Under the pieces are notes generated by a model, which saw nothing but the letters and a program-made list of their open reading frames with translations, searched no databases and had not been told where the DNA came from. Below are positions 40,865-50,320 of a DNA stretch of 64,000 nt, piece after piece; the first letter of the stretch is position 1, and each line of letters opens with the position of its first letter. The stretch lies in assembly GCA_046583355.1 (NCBI GenBank), contig JAYGCM010000009.1:1-64000 (forward strand), written 5' to 3'. Both the position numbers and the translations under genes were made by a program. Origin of the DNA: Deltaproteobacteria bacterium. GTDB taxonomy: Bacteria > Desulfobacterota > Binatia > UBA12015.

Positions 40865-42544
40865 TCAGGAGCGCCCGCGGCCACCGGAGCCCGAACCGCC
40901 CGTGCGGCCGCGCCCTGCGCTATGCCTACTGCCGCCACCGGCGCCTCGGCCATCGGGCGTATGATGCGCACGCGCATTGCCTTGGCTGCCCGAACCATAG
41001 CGGCGACGCTCGCCGCCACCTTCGCTGCTCGCGCCGTAGCGACGGCGTTCGCCGCCACCTTCGCTGCTCGCACCGTAGCGACGGCGTTCGCCGCCACTCT
41101 CGTTGCCGGAGCCATAACGACGACGCTCGCCCTCATTGCCGGCACCATCGCGACGACGCCCGCCCTCATTGCTGGCACCATCGCGACGGCGCTCGCCGCC
41201 ACCTTCGCTGCTCGCGCCATAGCGACGACCTGAGCCGCCGGCGCCGGCGCCGCTGCGCTGGCCGCCGGAGCGCTCATCACGCCTTGCCTGGCCCGAATTG
41301 CCCCGACCTTGGCTCTGGCTCTGCCGCACGCCCTCGCGCGAGGCGGCCTTCTTCTTCGACTTCATGGCCGATCGGCTGACGACGATCGGTTCGTCGTCGA
41401 ACCCCTCGAAGAACATGCGCTCGATCTCGGCACCCAGGTAGCGCTCGGTATCGCGGACCCATTCGGCATCTTCGCGAGTGACGAAGGTACGCGCCTTGCC
41501 GCTCTCATCGGAGCGACCGGTGCGGCCGATACGATGGGTGTAATTCTCCGGCGTGCTCGGCGGATCGAAGTTGATCACATAAGAGACGCCGGCCACATCG
41601 AGACCACGAGCGGCAATATCGGTCGCGACCAGAATATCGTATTTGCCGCGACGGAAGCCTTCCATCGCGCGGTCGCGCTGGGCCTGCGACATATTGCCCT
41701 GCAGGGCAACGGCGCTATGGCCCTCTTTGGCGAGCTTCGTCGCCATATGACGCGCGCGGTGCTTGGTGCGCGTGAATATGATCGCCGTGCGGCAATCTTC
41801 CTCGGCAAGCATGCGGTCGAGAAGGTCGCGCTTTTGCTCGGCCGGCACGGGACAAAGAGCATGCTCGATGCGATCGGCCGGGGCGGAATGCGCCAACTCG
41901 ACAACCTGCGGGTTGTAGAGGATACGGTCTGCCAGCAGACGAATCTCCTTGGGCATGGTGGCCGAGAAGAGAAGATTCTGGCGCTTCTCCGGCGTGGCAC
42001 CCAGGATGCGCTTCACGTCCGGGAGAAAGCCCATATCAAACATATGGTCGGCCTCGTCGATGACGACCTGCTCGATACGCGAGAGGTCCAGCACGCCCTG
42101 CTTGAGCAGGTCGAGCACGCGGCCGGGGCAACCGACGACGATTTCAGGGCTGCGACGCAGCGCTTCGGCCTGCATGCGGATCGACTTGCCGCCGTAGACG
42201 GTAACCGTGCGGATACGGGTGAATTTCGCCAGCAGGCGGATCTCGGTGTCGATCTGGTTGGCAAGCTCGCGGGTCGGGGCGAGGATCAGAGCCAGCGGGC
42301 CCTTGCCCTGGTGCTGGACCCGGCGTTGCAGGATCGGCAGCGCAAAAGCCGCCGTCTTGCCGGTGCCGGTTTGGGCCAGGCCAAGGACATCGCGGCCTTC
42401 GAGACCAGCCGGAATGGTGTCGGATTGAATCGCGCGAGGGGTGACAAAGCCAGCCTCTGTAAGGCCTTTTTGCAAGGATACGTGTAAGTCGAAGGACTCG
42501 AAGCCGGGCACGGCCTCGGGGTTCAGGGGTTCGTTAGTGGACAA
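40865..42544 (-). CDS. DEAD-box RNA helicase (RhlE-like) with repetitive Gly/Arg C-terminal tail
   Basis: AQTGTGKT, PTRELA, DEAD, SAT, ARGLD, HRIGRTGR; TTG start with SD GGAG. Confidence 0.93.
   Translation of the reverse strand: MSTNEPLNPEAVPGFESFDLHVSLQKGLTEAGFVTPRAIQSDTIPAGLEGRDVLGLAQTGTGKTAAFALPILQRRVQHQGKGPLALILAPTRELANQIDTEIRLLAKFTRIRTVTVYGGKSIRMQAEALRRSPEIVVGCPGRVLDLLKQGVLDLSRIEQVVIDEADHMFDMGFLPDVKRILGATPEKRQNLLFSATMPKEIRLLADRILYNPQVVELAHSAPADRIEHALCPVPAEQKRDLLDRMLAEEDCRTAIIFTRTKHRARHMATKLAKEGHSAVALQGNMSQAQRDRAMEGFRRGKYDILVATDIAARGLDVAGVSYVINFDPPSTPENYTHRIGRTGRSDESGKARTFVTREDAEWVRDTERYLGAEIERMFFEGFDDEPIVVSRSAMKSKKKAASREGVRQSQSQGRGNSGQARRDERSGGQRSGAGAGGSGRRYGASSEGGGERRRDGASNEGGRRRDGAGNEGERRRYGSGNESGGERRRYGASSEGGGERRRYGASSEGGGERRRYGSGSQGNARAHHTPDGRGAGGGSRHSAGRGRTGGSGSGGRGRS
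40993..41230 (-). repeat. Coding tandem repeat (30-39 bp units) in the helicase tail
   Basis: About 7 units of (GG)GERRR[YD]G[AS][SG][SN]E. Confidence 0.85.
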
Positions 42545-42779
42545 TGTAAATCTCCGCCGCAGGATGCACGCGTGCGTACAGAACGGCTGTTGGTTCTGAC
42601 CCACACAACAGCCGGGGGCAAGACATAATGAAAAAGCGATGAGACCTCGATCTTCAGACGAGAGGTCCTGTTGTTCACCGCATCGGCCCGCCGCGAAAAC
42701 GCGTACGGGGTGTTCCGTATGACCCGACCATACCACCACCACCCCCCAAACGCCAGCCACAAAAAGCCCCCCCAGAAAA

Positions 42780-42862
42780 GGGGACAGACTCAGGTGCACG
42801 TCCCCTGAAGGGAACAAGGGGACGGATTCAGGTACACGTCCCCTGAAGGGGACAGATTGAGG
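42780..42862. repeat. REP-like family B cluster, 2.5 tandem hairpin units
   Basis: GGGGACAGACTCAGGTGCACGTCCCC (42780-42805), GGGGACGGATTCAGGTACACGTCCCC (42818-42843), partial GGGGACAGATTGAGG (42848-42862). Confidence 0.8.
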
Positions 42863-43555
42863 ATGGCGGGCAAGAGCGTTCTGATTGTCGATGATGATGC
42901 GGAGATCCGGGCAAGTCTGGCGCGGGCGTTGCGGGCCGATGGGATCGAGCCGCGGGAGGCTGCGAGCGGCGAAGAGGCGCTGGCGATGTTTGCGGCAGAT
43001 CCGGCCGACCTGGTGATTCTCGATATCCGGATGCCGCCCGGAATGGATGGCCTCGAGGTCTGCCGGCGGCTGCGAGCGACCTCTGAGGTGCCTCTGATCT
43101 TCCTCTCGGAGGTCGACGGCAACGACGATCAGGTGATGGGTATCGAGCTCGGGGCGTGGGATTACGTCTCGAAGGAAGATTTCTCACCCATTTTGCTGCG
43201 CGCCAAGATTCGCAATTTTCTCCAGCTCCGCAAAGCACCCCAGGGCCAGCCCGCGGCAGGGCGTGGCGACCTGGAATTCGATGAAATGGCGCGCACCTTC
43301 CGGTGGCGTGGCAATCTCCTGCAACTGACCGCCACCCAGACCGGCCTGCTCGAGGCCCTGGCACGCTGGCCGAATAAGGTCTGGAGCCGCAGCGCCCTGA
43401 ACGACGCCGTGCATCCGGATGTCACCATCCAGCCCAAAACCATCGACTCACATATTGCCGGCATCCGCAAGATCCTGCGCGCCCTCGACGTGCCGCGCGG
43501 CACCGTCATTCTGACCCGGCCGGGAATCGGCTACCAGCTCGGACATTGTAAATGA
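42863..43555 (+). CDS. OmpR-family DNA-binding response regulator
   Basis: VLIVDDD, LVILDIRMP, DGLEVCRRLR, GAWDYVSK, TIDSHIAGIRK, GIGY. Confidence 0.92.
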   Translation: MAGKSVLIVDDDAEIRASLARALRADGIEPREAASGEEALAMFAADPADLVILDIRMPPGMDGLEVCRRLRATSEVPLIFLSEVDGNDDQVMGIELGAWDYVSKEDFSPILLRAKIRNFLQLRKAPQGQPAAGRGDLEFDEMARTFRWRGNLLQLTATQTGLLEALARWPNKVWSRSALNDAVHPDVTIQPKTIDSHIAGIRKILRALDVPRGTVILTRPGIGYQLGHCK

Positions 43556-45237
43556 CGTGGCGCCGCTCGAGCCCGCCCAGGCTCGCTACGCTGGTCGGGC
43601 TCTCGGCTCTGGCCGCTTTGGTTGCCGCGGCCCTGCTCTTCGCCAGCCTGATGAACCTGCCGCAGGTGCTCGACCGCCAGACGCATATCACCCTGCAGCA
43701 TCAGGCCTCGTGGATCGCCGCGCGATACGTCCAGGCCTTTGAGACCGAATTCCGTGGCCCTGCCGGCATGGATATCGCGGGCGAGAACGAACACCGCCGG
43801 ACGTTTGCCCGCTACGCCTCCAATTGGGACCTTGTCGGACCCGCCATTCCTCTCAAGCTCAGCTTGGCTCTCGCTACTCTGCGCGACTCTCGCATGCGCT
43901 CAGAGCCCGTCGATCAGGAGCTGCTCCCCGCGGAGGCGCAGGTGCTGGAGAAGATCGACTTCCGGCGGATGCCGCCGGCCCAGAAAGACGAGGCGCTGCG
44001 CATTGCCGGTGATGCCATCGAGGCCCAACTCGAAGTGCTAGCCGAGCAAACCCTGGCCGGACTGAGCATCATTGACCATCATGGCGATGTGGTCGCGAGC
44101 TCGGTGCCCGCCTGGCGTGGCCGTAATGCGGCCGTCGGCATCCGTGAGGTCCGCGCGACACTCGGCGATGGGCACCGCCATGCGGCGCGCCGCCGGCGCC
44201 ACCTTCCCGAGGCTTCGGCCGGCCCGCTGGCGCGTTTTTCCGACTACCAGATTTCGCTAGCGGTACCGATATGGAAAGACGGATTTCTACTCGGCGCCGT
44301 GCATATTCTGCGCACGCCGCGCTCGGTGCAAGACCTGCTCAAGGACCTTGGCCCCAGCGTATGGTTCGGCATTGCCTTGCCTTTTCTATTGCTGACGATG
44401 ACGCTTCTGGCGGCCATCCGCTTCTTCGCCGTCCTTCCCATCCGCTCTTTGGTGGCCCAGGTCGACCCCGCCCTCACCTCGGCCGCCGCGCGCGAAAGAC
44501 CGATCCCCCAGCCCCGCTCGCGCGAGGTAGGCGAGCTCTCCCAAGCGGTGGCGCAAATGGCGCGCTCCATGCGCAAGCAGGCCGAAGAGGCCTCCGCACA
44601 GGCCGACGACCTCGTGCACAGCATCAAGAATAGTCTTTTGCCGGTACGCCAGGCCACCAGCGAACTCCTGAGCGAAGGGGAGGCAATGAGCACTAGCGAG
44701 CGACGCACGGCCACCGACCGGATCTCCAGCGGCCTGGACCGTGTCATGGAGCATTCGCTCAAGGTGCTGGAGTTCGCGAATTCCGGACTGCCCAACGAAG
44801 AGGCGCGTGGCCCCACCGACCTGAAAGATGTTCTGGCCGAGTTGGAAGAGGCCGGCCGCACAGTGGAAATCTGTGGCCTCGGAGGCCTCCCGGACCTGCC
44901 GATGGTCGCCATCGAGCGCACCAGCCTGGGAAAAATCCTGGACAGGCTCTTCGAGAACGCCCAGCAGGCCGGCGCCCACTCGGTCGATATCACCATCCGG
45001 CAGCGCGCTGACGCGCTGGTCCTGCGCTGTGCCGATGACGGCCCCGGCGTGCCCGAGCAGCACCGTGCAACGATCTTTCAACGCGGATTCACGACCCGCT
45101 CTGCCAGCGCCGGCACGGGCCTCGGCCTCGCCACGGCGCGGCGCCTGGCCGAGCGCGCCGGTGGCGCACTCTACCTCGACCCAAGCCAGCATGGTGCCGC
45201 CTTCGAGTTGGTCATTCCCTTGCCGCCCGACCTCTGA
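43552..45237 (+). CDS. Membrane sensor histidine kinase
   Basis: Two TM segments, HAMP-like linker, H-box LVHSIKNSL, N-box FENA, DDGPG, GTGLGL; ATGA coupling to the regulator. Confidence 0.9.
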   Translation: MTWRRSSPPRLATLVGLSALAALVAAALLFASLMNLPQVLDRQTHITLQHQASWIAARYVQAFETEFRGPAGMDIAGENEHRRTFARYASNWDLVGPAIPLKLSLALATLRDSRMRSEPVDQELLPAEAQVLEKIDFRRMPPAQKDEALRIAGDAIEAQLEVLAEQTLAGLSIIDHHGDVVASSVPAWRGRNAAVGIREVRATLGDGHRHAARRRRHLPEASAGPLARFSDYQISLAVPIWKDGFLLGAVHILRTPRSVQDLLKDLGPSVWFGIALPFLLLTMTLLAAIRFFAVLPIRSLVAQVDPALTSAAARERPIPQPRSREVGELSQAVAQMARSMRKQAEEASAQADDLVHSIKNSLLPVRQATSELLSEGEAMSTSERRTATDRISSGLDRVMEHSLKVLEFANSGLPNEEARGPTDLKDVLAELEEAGRTVEICGLGGLPDLPMVAIERTSLGKILDRLFENAQQAGAHSVDITIRQRADALVLRCADDGPGVPEQHRATIFQRGFTTRSASAGTGLGLATARRLAERAGGALYLDPSQHGAAFELVIPLPPDL

Positions 45238-45844
45238 GCGAACGTGCGGCAGAACGCCACGCAACTACCGAGACGGCAGCCCGAGCCGTAATCACCAGCC
45301 GCTCCTCGCTCGGCAGCCCCGCGCCATCGCTCGGCCAAGACGTCACAAGATAGAGGACGGGCTCGCGCGGGCCGGTGACGATACCCAGATCATGGCGATC
45401 GCGTACCTCGCGCCGGGCAACATGATAATACTGCGCGCCTCCGTCGATATCCTGGATGCGGATGGTATCGCCCGGCATCAGATCGCCAAGAAACGAAAAG
45501 TAAGTATCGCTATCGCCGACAAGAAATCGGACGGAGCCGCGCCGCCCATCCACCCGCAGCTCGGTGGGGCCGTAGGCGAGCGAATGGCCGGCCGCCGCGC
45601 CCAGCACGATCTGGTCGACGCCGAGACGCGGCACCCGCAAGCGAGCCCGCACCTCGAGGTCCGCCTCGGGCCAAGGAGCTACGCCCCGGCCCGAGACAAT
45701 GGCGCGTTCCCAGGCAAAGCGCAGCAGAACCTGGCTGGCGAAGGCACGCCCATGCAAGAGGGCGGCCGAGCCGAGCAGGCTCAACCCCAATACGCCCACC
45801 ACCAAGGCCGTGAAATAGAGACGCTCGCCGCGTGAGCGCAGCAT
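45212..45844 (-). CDS. Proteobacterial (class GN-type) sortase homologue lacking catalytic His and Cys
   Basis: N-terminal TM; QVLL..AW..PWPEAD..ARL..VLG..LAYGP..GDSDTYF..L.PGD.I..LVTSWP..R (canonical GHRDTHF and LxTCYPF). Confidence 0.75.
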   Translation of the reverse strand: MLRSRGERLYFTALVVGVLGLSLLGSAALLHGRAFASQVLLRFAWERAIVSGRGVAPWPEADLEVRARLRVPRLGVDQIVLGAAAGHSLAYGPTELRVDGRRGSVRFLVGDSDTYFSFLGDLMPGDTIRIQDIDGGAQYYHVARREVRDRHDLGIVTGPREPVLYLVTSWPSDGAGLPSEERLVITARAAVSVVAWRSAARSLRGRAARE

Positions 45845-45941
45845 CAGACCCTCTCCTTCCGCACCGCAAAATACGTCTTGTCAGCCATCATCGCCCCCTC
45901 CTGCGTGGGCCCAGACAAACCTACGACGCGCAGGTGCAGCC

Positions 45942-46415
45942 TTGGCGGAGGAAAAGTGGAGTTCTGGTGGATTCGCGCCGGCGGCCCAAGTCGGCCATCC
46001 TCAAGAGGTGCCCGCCAAAGCTCATCTCCAACAAGCGCGGACCTGCATCGCGCAGCGCCGCTGGTTTGACGCCCACGAAGAATTGGAGGCCATCTGGCGC
46101 GAGGCGAAGGATCCGGAGCGACGCATCCTACAGGGTGTGATCCACCTGGTCGTTTCCTTTGAGCATCTGCGCCGCGGCAACCCCCGCGGCGCACAAGCCC
46201 AATGGCTCAAGGCGCAGACCAAGCTTCAGGCTGGACGCGCGAGATATGAAGGGATCGAGATCGGGAATTGGTACCACGCCATTGCGTCTTTCTACGCCTT
46301 GATTGACCTCGCAGCAGCGGCCGAGCGCGGCACGTTACCGGAAGATCTGCCGGCCATGGAGGAATGGCCGATTCCCGAAGACCTGCGGGGTTCGGCGGCG
46401 GCCTCGGGCTGCTGA
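45942..46415 (+). CDS. DUF309 domain protein
   Basis: WFDAHEELEAIW..ILQGVI..V..EH..RGN..GA. Confidence 0.85.
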   Translation: MAEEKWSSGGFAPAAQVGHPQEVPAKAHLQQARTCIAQRRWFDAHEELEAIWREAKDPERRILQGVIHLVVSFEHLRRGNPRGAQAQWLKAQTKLQAGRARYEGIEIGNWYHAIASFYALIDLAAAAERGTLPEDLPAMEEWPIPEDLRGSAAASGC

Positions 46416-46423
46416 CGACCTGC

Positions 46424-47095
46424 CTAAGTCTCCGGCTGTGGGCCACAAGTGACCAGGCTGATCCGTCGTTCCGTGGTCTTCTCCCTACGCCCGAAGACCA
46501 CGAAGCGAATCGGAATCAAGCCCGAAAACCAGCGCGCCTCGCGCAGCTCGAAGCCCGCCCTGCCAATGAGCTGATCGAGCTCGTCGCCGCGAAAACGTGT
46601 CTGGACCGGAAAGCCGATCCCCGCGAGCAAGCGCGAAACAACATTCGCCCGCAGGCCTTGGCCATGTGCGAAGGTCGGCGCGACGAGGAGACCTCCGGGG
46701 CGTAGCACTCTCCAGGCTTCGGCTAGCGCCTCCAACGGCTGCGGTAAAAGATGGAGCAAATTCGCCATCACCACCACGTCAAATGCCGCATCGGGAAAGG
46801 ACAGCGCGAGCGCATCGGCCGCGCGGACCTGGATATGCCCGGCCGTACCGACTCGGGCGCGCAGAATCTCGAGCATCTCCTCGCTCGCATCGGTTGCGAT
46901 ATAATGCCCGGCACCCGGCGCGGCGATCTCGGTCACCATGCCGGTGCCCGCGGCGATCTCCAGCACGTCGCCGGCACCGCGGGTCCGTGCCGCGACCGCC
47001 TGCGCCATCTCGGCAAAGCCGCTGCTCAAGCGCCGGGTGGCACGGTCGTAGCGGCTTGCGTGCTTCTTCCAGAAAGCCGGGTTTCCATCGGACAT
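46424..47095 (-). CDS. Class I SAM-dependent methyltransferase
   Basis: VLEIAAGTG, DASEEML, DALALSFPDAAFDVV, RVLRPGG. Confidence 0.9.
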   Translation of the reverse strand: MSDGNPAFWKKHASRYDRATRRLSSGFAEMAQAVAARTRGAGDVLEIAAGTGMVTEIAAPGAGHYIATDASEEMLEILRARVGTAGHIQVRAADALALSFPDAAFDVVVMANLLHLLPQPLEALAEAWRVLRPGGLLVAPTFAHGQGLRANVVSRLLAGIGFPVQTRFRGDELDQLIGRAGFELREARWFSGLIPIRFVVFGRREKTTERRISLVTCGPQPET

Positions 47096-47216
47096 AGGCC
47101 GATTTTATCGGGACACGGATTGGTTGCAAGCTCGCACCGTGCTGCCGGGCTCCCGAGACCGCTACGGTTTGCCGTTTGCCGGTGATACCCCCAGAACGAG
47201 CACCAAGGAGGTAACC

Positions 47217-47891
47217 GTGGCATCTCTCACGCTAGCAACGCTCTATTTTATCGGAATTCATGTCTTCATCTCGGGCACGAAGCTGCGCGACGCGATGGTG
47301 GCGCGCATCGGCGAAGGGCCCTTCATGGGTGTCTTCTCGTTGGCCTCGATCGCCGGTATGGTGTGGATCGTCAGCGCCTACCGCGCCGCGCCCTTGATCC
47401 CGCTCTGGAGTGGCTCCGAGTGGAGCCGGATTCTCGCGCTTGTCGTGATGCTTCCGGCCGTCTTCCTGGTCATGATCGGGCTCACCACGCCGAGCCCGAC
47501 TACTGCGGGCATGGACCGCAGCCTGGGGGCCGGCGCACATGGAATCCTGCGCGTGACTCGGCACCCCTTCCTCAGTGGCATCGTGCTCTGGGGGCTGACC
47601 CATATGATCGCCAACGGCGACGCAGCCTCTTTGCTGCTCTTCGGCGGCTTCACCGCCCTGGCCGCGCTTGGCCCGCGCCTGATCGACACCAAGCGCAGCC
47701 GTCGCCTCGGCGAAGACTACGAGGACTTCATGGCCGTCACCTCCACGCTCCCTTTCGCGGCGATCGTATCTGGCCGAAACCGTTTTGAGCCCGGCGAGCT
47801 CGGCGCTGCCCGCGTCCTGCTGGCGCTTGCGGTCTACGCTGCACTTCTCGGCTCGCATAGGGCACTCTTCGGGGTCTCGCCTCTGGGCTGA
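47217..47891 (+). CDS. NnrU family membrane protein
   Basis: IHVFISGTKLRDAMVARIGE, GILRVTRHPFL..WGLTHMIANGD, TSTLPFAAI; SD AAGGAGG before GTG. Confidence 0.88.
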   Translation: MASLTLATLYFIGIHVFISGTKLRDAMVARIGEGPFMGVFSLASIAGMVWIVSAYRAAPLIPLWSGSEWSRILALVVMLPAVFLVMIGLTTPSPTTAGMDRSLGAGAHGILRVTRHPFLSGIVLWGLTHMIANGDAASLLLFGGFTALAALGPRLIDTKRSRRLGEDYEDFMAVTSTLPFAAIVSGRNRFEPGELGAARVLLALAVYAALLGSHRALFGVSPLG

Positions 47892-47918
47892 GCCAGGATT
47901 CCGCGTCCGCAGTACAGC

Positions 47919-48350
47919 TCAGGCAACGCTACGTGCTTCTACCTCAAGGCCGAGCACCGTCGCGGCACGCTCAAAGAGGGGGAAGTCGAAGCTGCGGGCC
48001 GGGTCCTCAAGGGCTGCCAGCAGACGAACGCTGGAGCGGAGACGACGCGCCAATTCCGCCCGCGTAAGTCCGGCATCCCGACGCGCCCGCTGCAGAGCTA
48101 CCCGGAGTGCGTAGGTTGGCGGCAAGACGACCCAATGAACCCGGGATCCGCGGGAAGGCCGGCGGTGCCTTGGCAGCGCCGGTGCGTCCTGATCTCGCAG
48201 GGAGACTTCGAGCCACCCGAGAAGAGCGTCCTTCGCCATATCTTCTGCGCTCGGACCGTCTTTCCAACTGCAGGTCTGGCAACCGGGGCAGTCCGGGAAC
48301 ACGATGGACTCGGAGCCGTCCTCGGGTGTGATGATTGCCGCGTATTTCAT
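47919..48350 (-). CDS. hicB: HicB family antitoxin with C-terminal HTH
   Basis: MKYAAII..VFPDCPGC.T..MAKDAL.GWL; C-terminal ARRDAGLTRAELARRL. Confidence 0.85.
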   Translation of the reverse strand: MKYAAIITPEDGSESIVFPDCPGCQTCSWKDGPSAEDMAKDALLGWLEVSLRDQDAPALPRHRRPSRGSRVHWVVLPPTYALRVALQRARRDAGLTRAELARRLRSSVRLLAALEDPARSFDFPLFERAATVLGLEVEARSVA

Positions 48351-48354
48351 TTCC

Positions 48355-48549
48355 CTACCTGAGCCTCACCCCGGATTGGCGCTCGATACTACGCAGCGTT
48401 CCTTGGGGAAGGTCCCGCTTGCCAGAGTATGGCACTATAACCTCACCAAGTCGGACCGAATGCTGGAACTGGCGATGTGAACCCGAGCCCGATTTCACCT
48501 CGTACCAGCCACCCCGCAAGAGCCGGCGCACCGCCTGTCTCGCCTTCAC
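48355..48549 (-). CDS. hicA: HicA family mRNA interferase toxin
   Basis: GW..GSHRQFQH..VIVP..DLPQGTLRSIERQSG; GTG start inferred. Confidence 0.85.
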   Translation of the reverse strand: MKARQAVRRLLRGGWYEVKSGSGSHRQFQHSVRLGEVIVPYSGKRDLPQGTLRSIERQSGVRLR

Positions 48550-48678
48550 GCCTGCCCGCGTACGAGCAATCAGGTCCGAGCGATAGACCATCGGCGTTCA
48601 GAATGGTCTGCAAGACAATGCAGGGAGACCATCGCCCCAAGGCATTCGCCCGGGCAGCAGTGCTGGGTTATGGAAGAG

Positions 48679-48692
48679 AAGACGCCTGTTCA
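48679..48692. promoter_or_regulatory. Putative operator copy 6 (AAGACGCCTGTTCA)
   Basis: 49 nt upstream of the FadD3-like ligase; shares the 3' flank GTTCAGTGAG with copy 4. Confidence 0.6.
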
Positions 48693-48741
48693 GTGAGCAG
48701 GGTCGTACCTCCAACTTTTGACGACGCGGGAATTCGGATTG

Positions 48742-50316
48742 ATGGAAGAGACCATACCGGCATTGGTGCAGGCAGCAGGGCAGCGCTTTGGCGACGCCTC
48801 GGCCATTGAAGACGGCGAGCGCCGGTTCAGCTTTCGCGAGTTGGCTGCCGCAGGCCTGGCGGCCGGGCGCGCGTTTCGCGCAGCCGGCCTGCAGCGCGGC
48901 GAGCGGGCCGCGATCTGGGCACCGAATTATTCAGAATGGATTGTCGCGGCCATCGGCATACAATCGGCCGGCGGCGTGCTGGTGCCGCTCAATACGCGGC
49001 TCAAGGCAGGCGAGGCGGCCTACGTTCTGGGCACCAGCGGGGCCAAGATCCTCTGTACGGTCAGCGATTTTCTCGGCGTCGATTACGCAGCCGAGATTCA
49101 GAAGCAGGATCTGCCGGAGTTGGAGCAAATCATCACCTTCCGCGGCTCCTCGGCGGGCGCACAGACCTGGGAGGATTTCCTCAGCGGCGGCGAGGCGGTC
49201 CCGACGGCCACCATCGAGGCCGAGATCGCAGCGCTCACGGGCGACGATCTCTCCGACATCCTCTTTACCTCGGGTACCACCGGCAAACCCAAAGGCGTGA
49301 TGACGGCGCATGGCCAGAACCTCAAAGCTTTTGAGTGCTGGTCGGGTTTCGTCGGCCTGCGCGAGGGCGACCGCTATCTCATCGTCAACCCATTTTTTCA
49401 TGCCTTTGGCTACAAGGCGGGTTGGGTATCGGCCATTATGCGCGGTGCGACGATTCTGCCGCAGGTCACCTTTGATGTCCCGGAGATCCTCGCGCGGATC
49501 GGGCCCGATCGCATCACCATGCTGCCCGGCCCGCCCACCATCTACCAGACGATTCTGGCCCACCCCGACCTCGAGAAATACGATATATCGTCCTTGCGCC
49601 TGGCCGCTACGGGGGCCGCCGCCATCCCCGTCGAGCTGATCCGCCAGATGCACGACAAGCTCGGATTTACGACTGTCCTCACAGGTTATGGCCTGACCGA
49701 GACCTGCGGCGTCGTCACCATGTGCCGCGAAGGCGACGATGCCGAGACGATCGCCACGACCTCCGGGCGACCGGTCCCCGATGTCGAGGTGCGATTGGTG
49801 GATACCGAGGGCAACGATGTCGCCACCGGCGAGCCGGGTGAGGTCATCGTGCGCGGCTACAACGTCATGCGCGGGTATTTCAACAATCCCGAAGAGACCG
49901 CCGCCACAATCGACGCCGACGGTTTCCTGCATACCGGCGATATTGCCGTGGCCGACGCGGACTTCAACCTCCGCATCACCGATCGCATCAAAGATATGTT
50001 CATCATGGGTGGCTTCAATTGCTACCCGGCCGAAATCGAGAACGCGCTCTACGATAGTGGCCTGGTGGCCCAGGTGGCCGTGATCGGCGTGCCCGACAAA
50101 CGCATGGGCGAGGTCGGCATGGCCTTCGTCGTGCCGGCGCCGGGCAGCGATATCAGCCCTGCTTCCGTGGTTGCCTGGAGTCGGGAAAATATGGCGAACT
50201 ACAAAGTGCCTCGCTACGTCGAGCTGGTCGATTCCCTGCCGACCAACGCATCGGGCAAGGTAACCAAATTCGTCTTGCGCGAGCGGGCCGAGAAAATTCT
50301 GGACACCCAGGAGTAG
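48742..50316 (+). CDS. Acyl-CoA synthetase, FadD3 (HIP-CoA ligase)-like
   Basis: TIPAL..RFGD..AIWAPN..LVPLNTR, FTSGTTGKPKG, NPFFHAFGYKAG, GYGLTE, HTGD, GGFNCYPAEIE, MANYKVPR. Confidence 0.8.
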   Translation: MEETIPALVQAAGQRFGDASAIEDGERRFSFRELAAAGLAAGRAFRAAGLQRGERAAIWAPNYSEWIVAAIGIQSAGGVLVPLNTRLKAGEAAYVLGTSGAKILCTVSDFLGVDYAAEIQKQDLPELEQIITFRGSSAGAQTWEDFLSGGEAVPTATIEAEIAALTGDDLSDILFTSGTTGKPKGVMTAHGQNLKAFECWSGFVGLREGDRYLIVNPFFHAFGYKAGWVSAIMRGATILPQVTFDVPEILARIGPDRITMLPGPPTIYQTILAHPDLEKYDISSLRLAATGAAAIPVELIRQMHDKLGFTTVLTGYGLTETCGVVTMCREGDDAETIATTSGRPVPDVEVRLVDTEGNDVATGEPGEVIVRGYNVMRGYFNNPEETAATIDADGFLHTGDIAVADADFNLRITDRIKDMFIMGGFNCYPAEIENALYDSGLVAQVAVIGVPDKRMGEVGMAFVVPAPGSDISPASVVAWSRENMANYKVPRYVELVDSLPTNASGKVTKFVLRERAEKILDTQE

Positions 50317-50320
50317 CCGC

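Noticed and set aside
40702..41280. Ala-rich repetitive ORFs in alternative frames
   Set aside because: By-products of the helicase tail tandem repeat
42780..42862. Possible mini CRISPR array
   Set aside because: Only 2.5 units, with spacers of 12 and 4 nt and no cas genes; fits REP-like repeats
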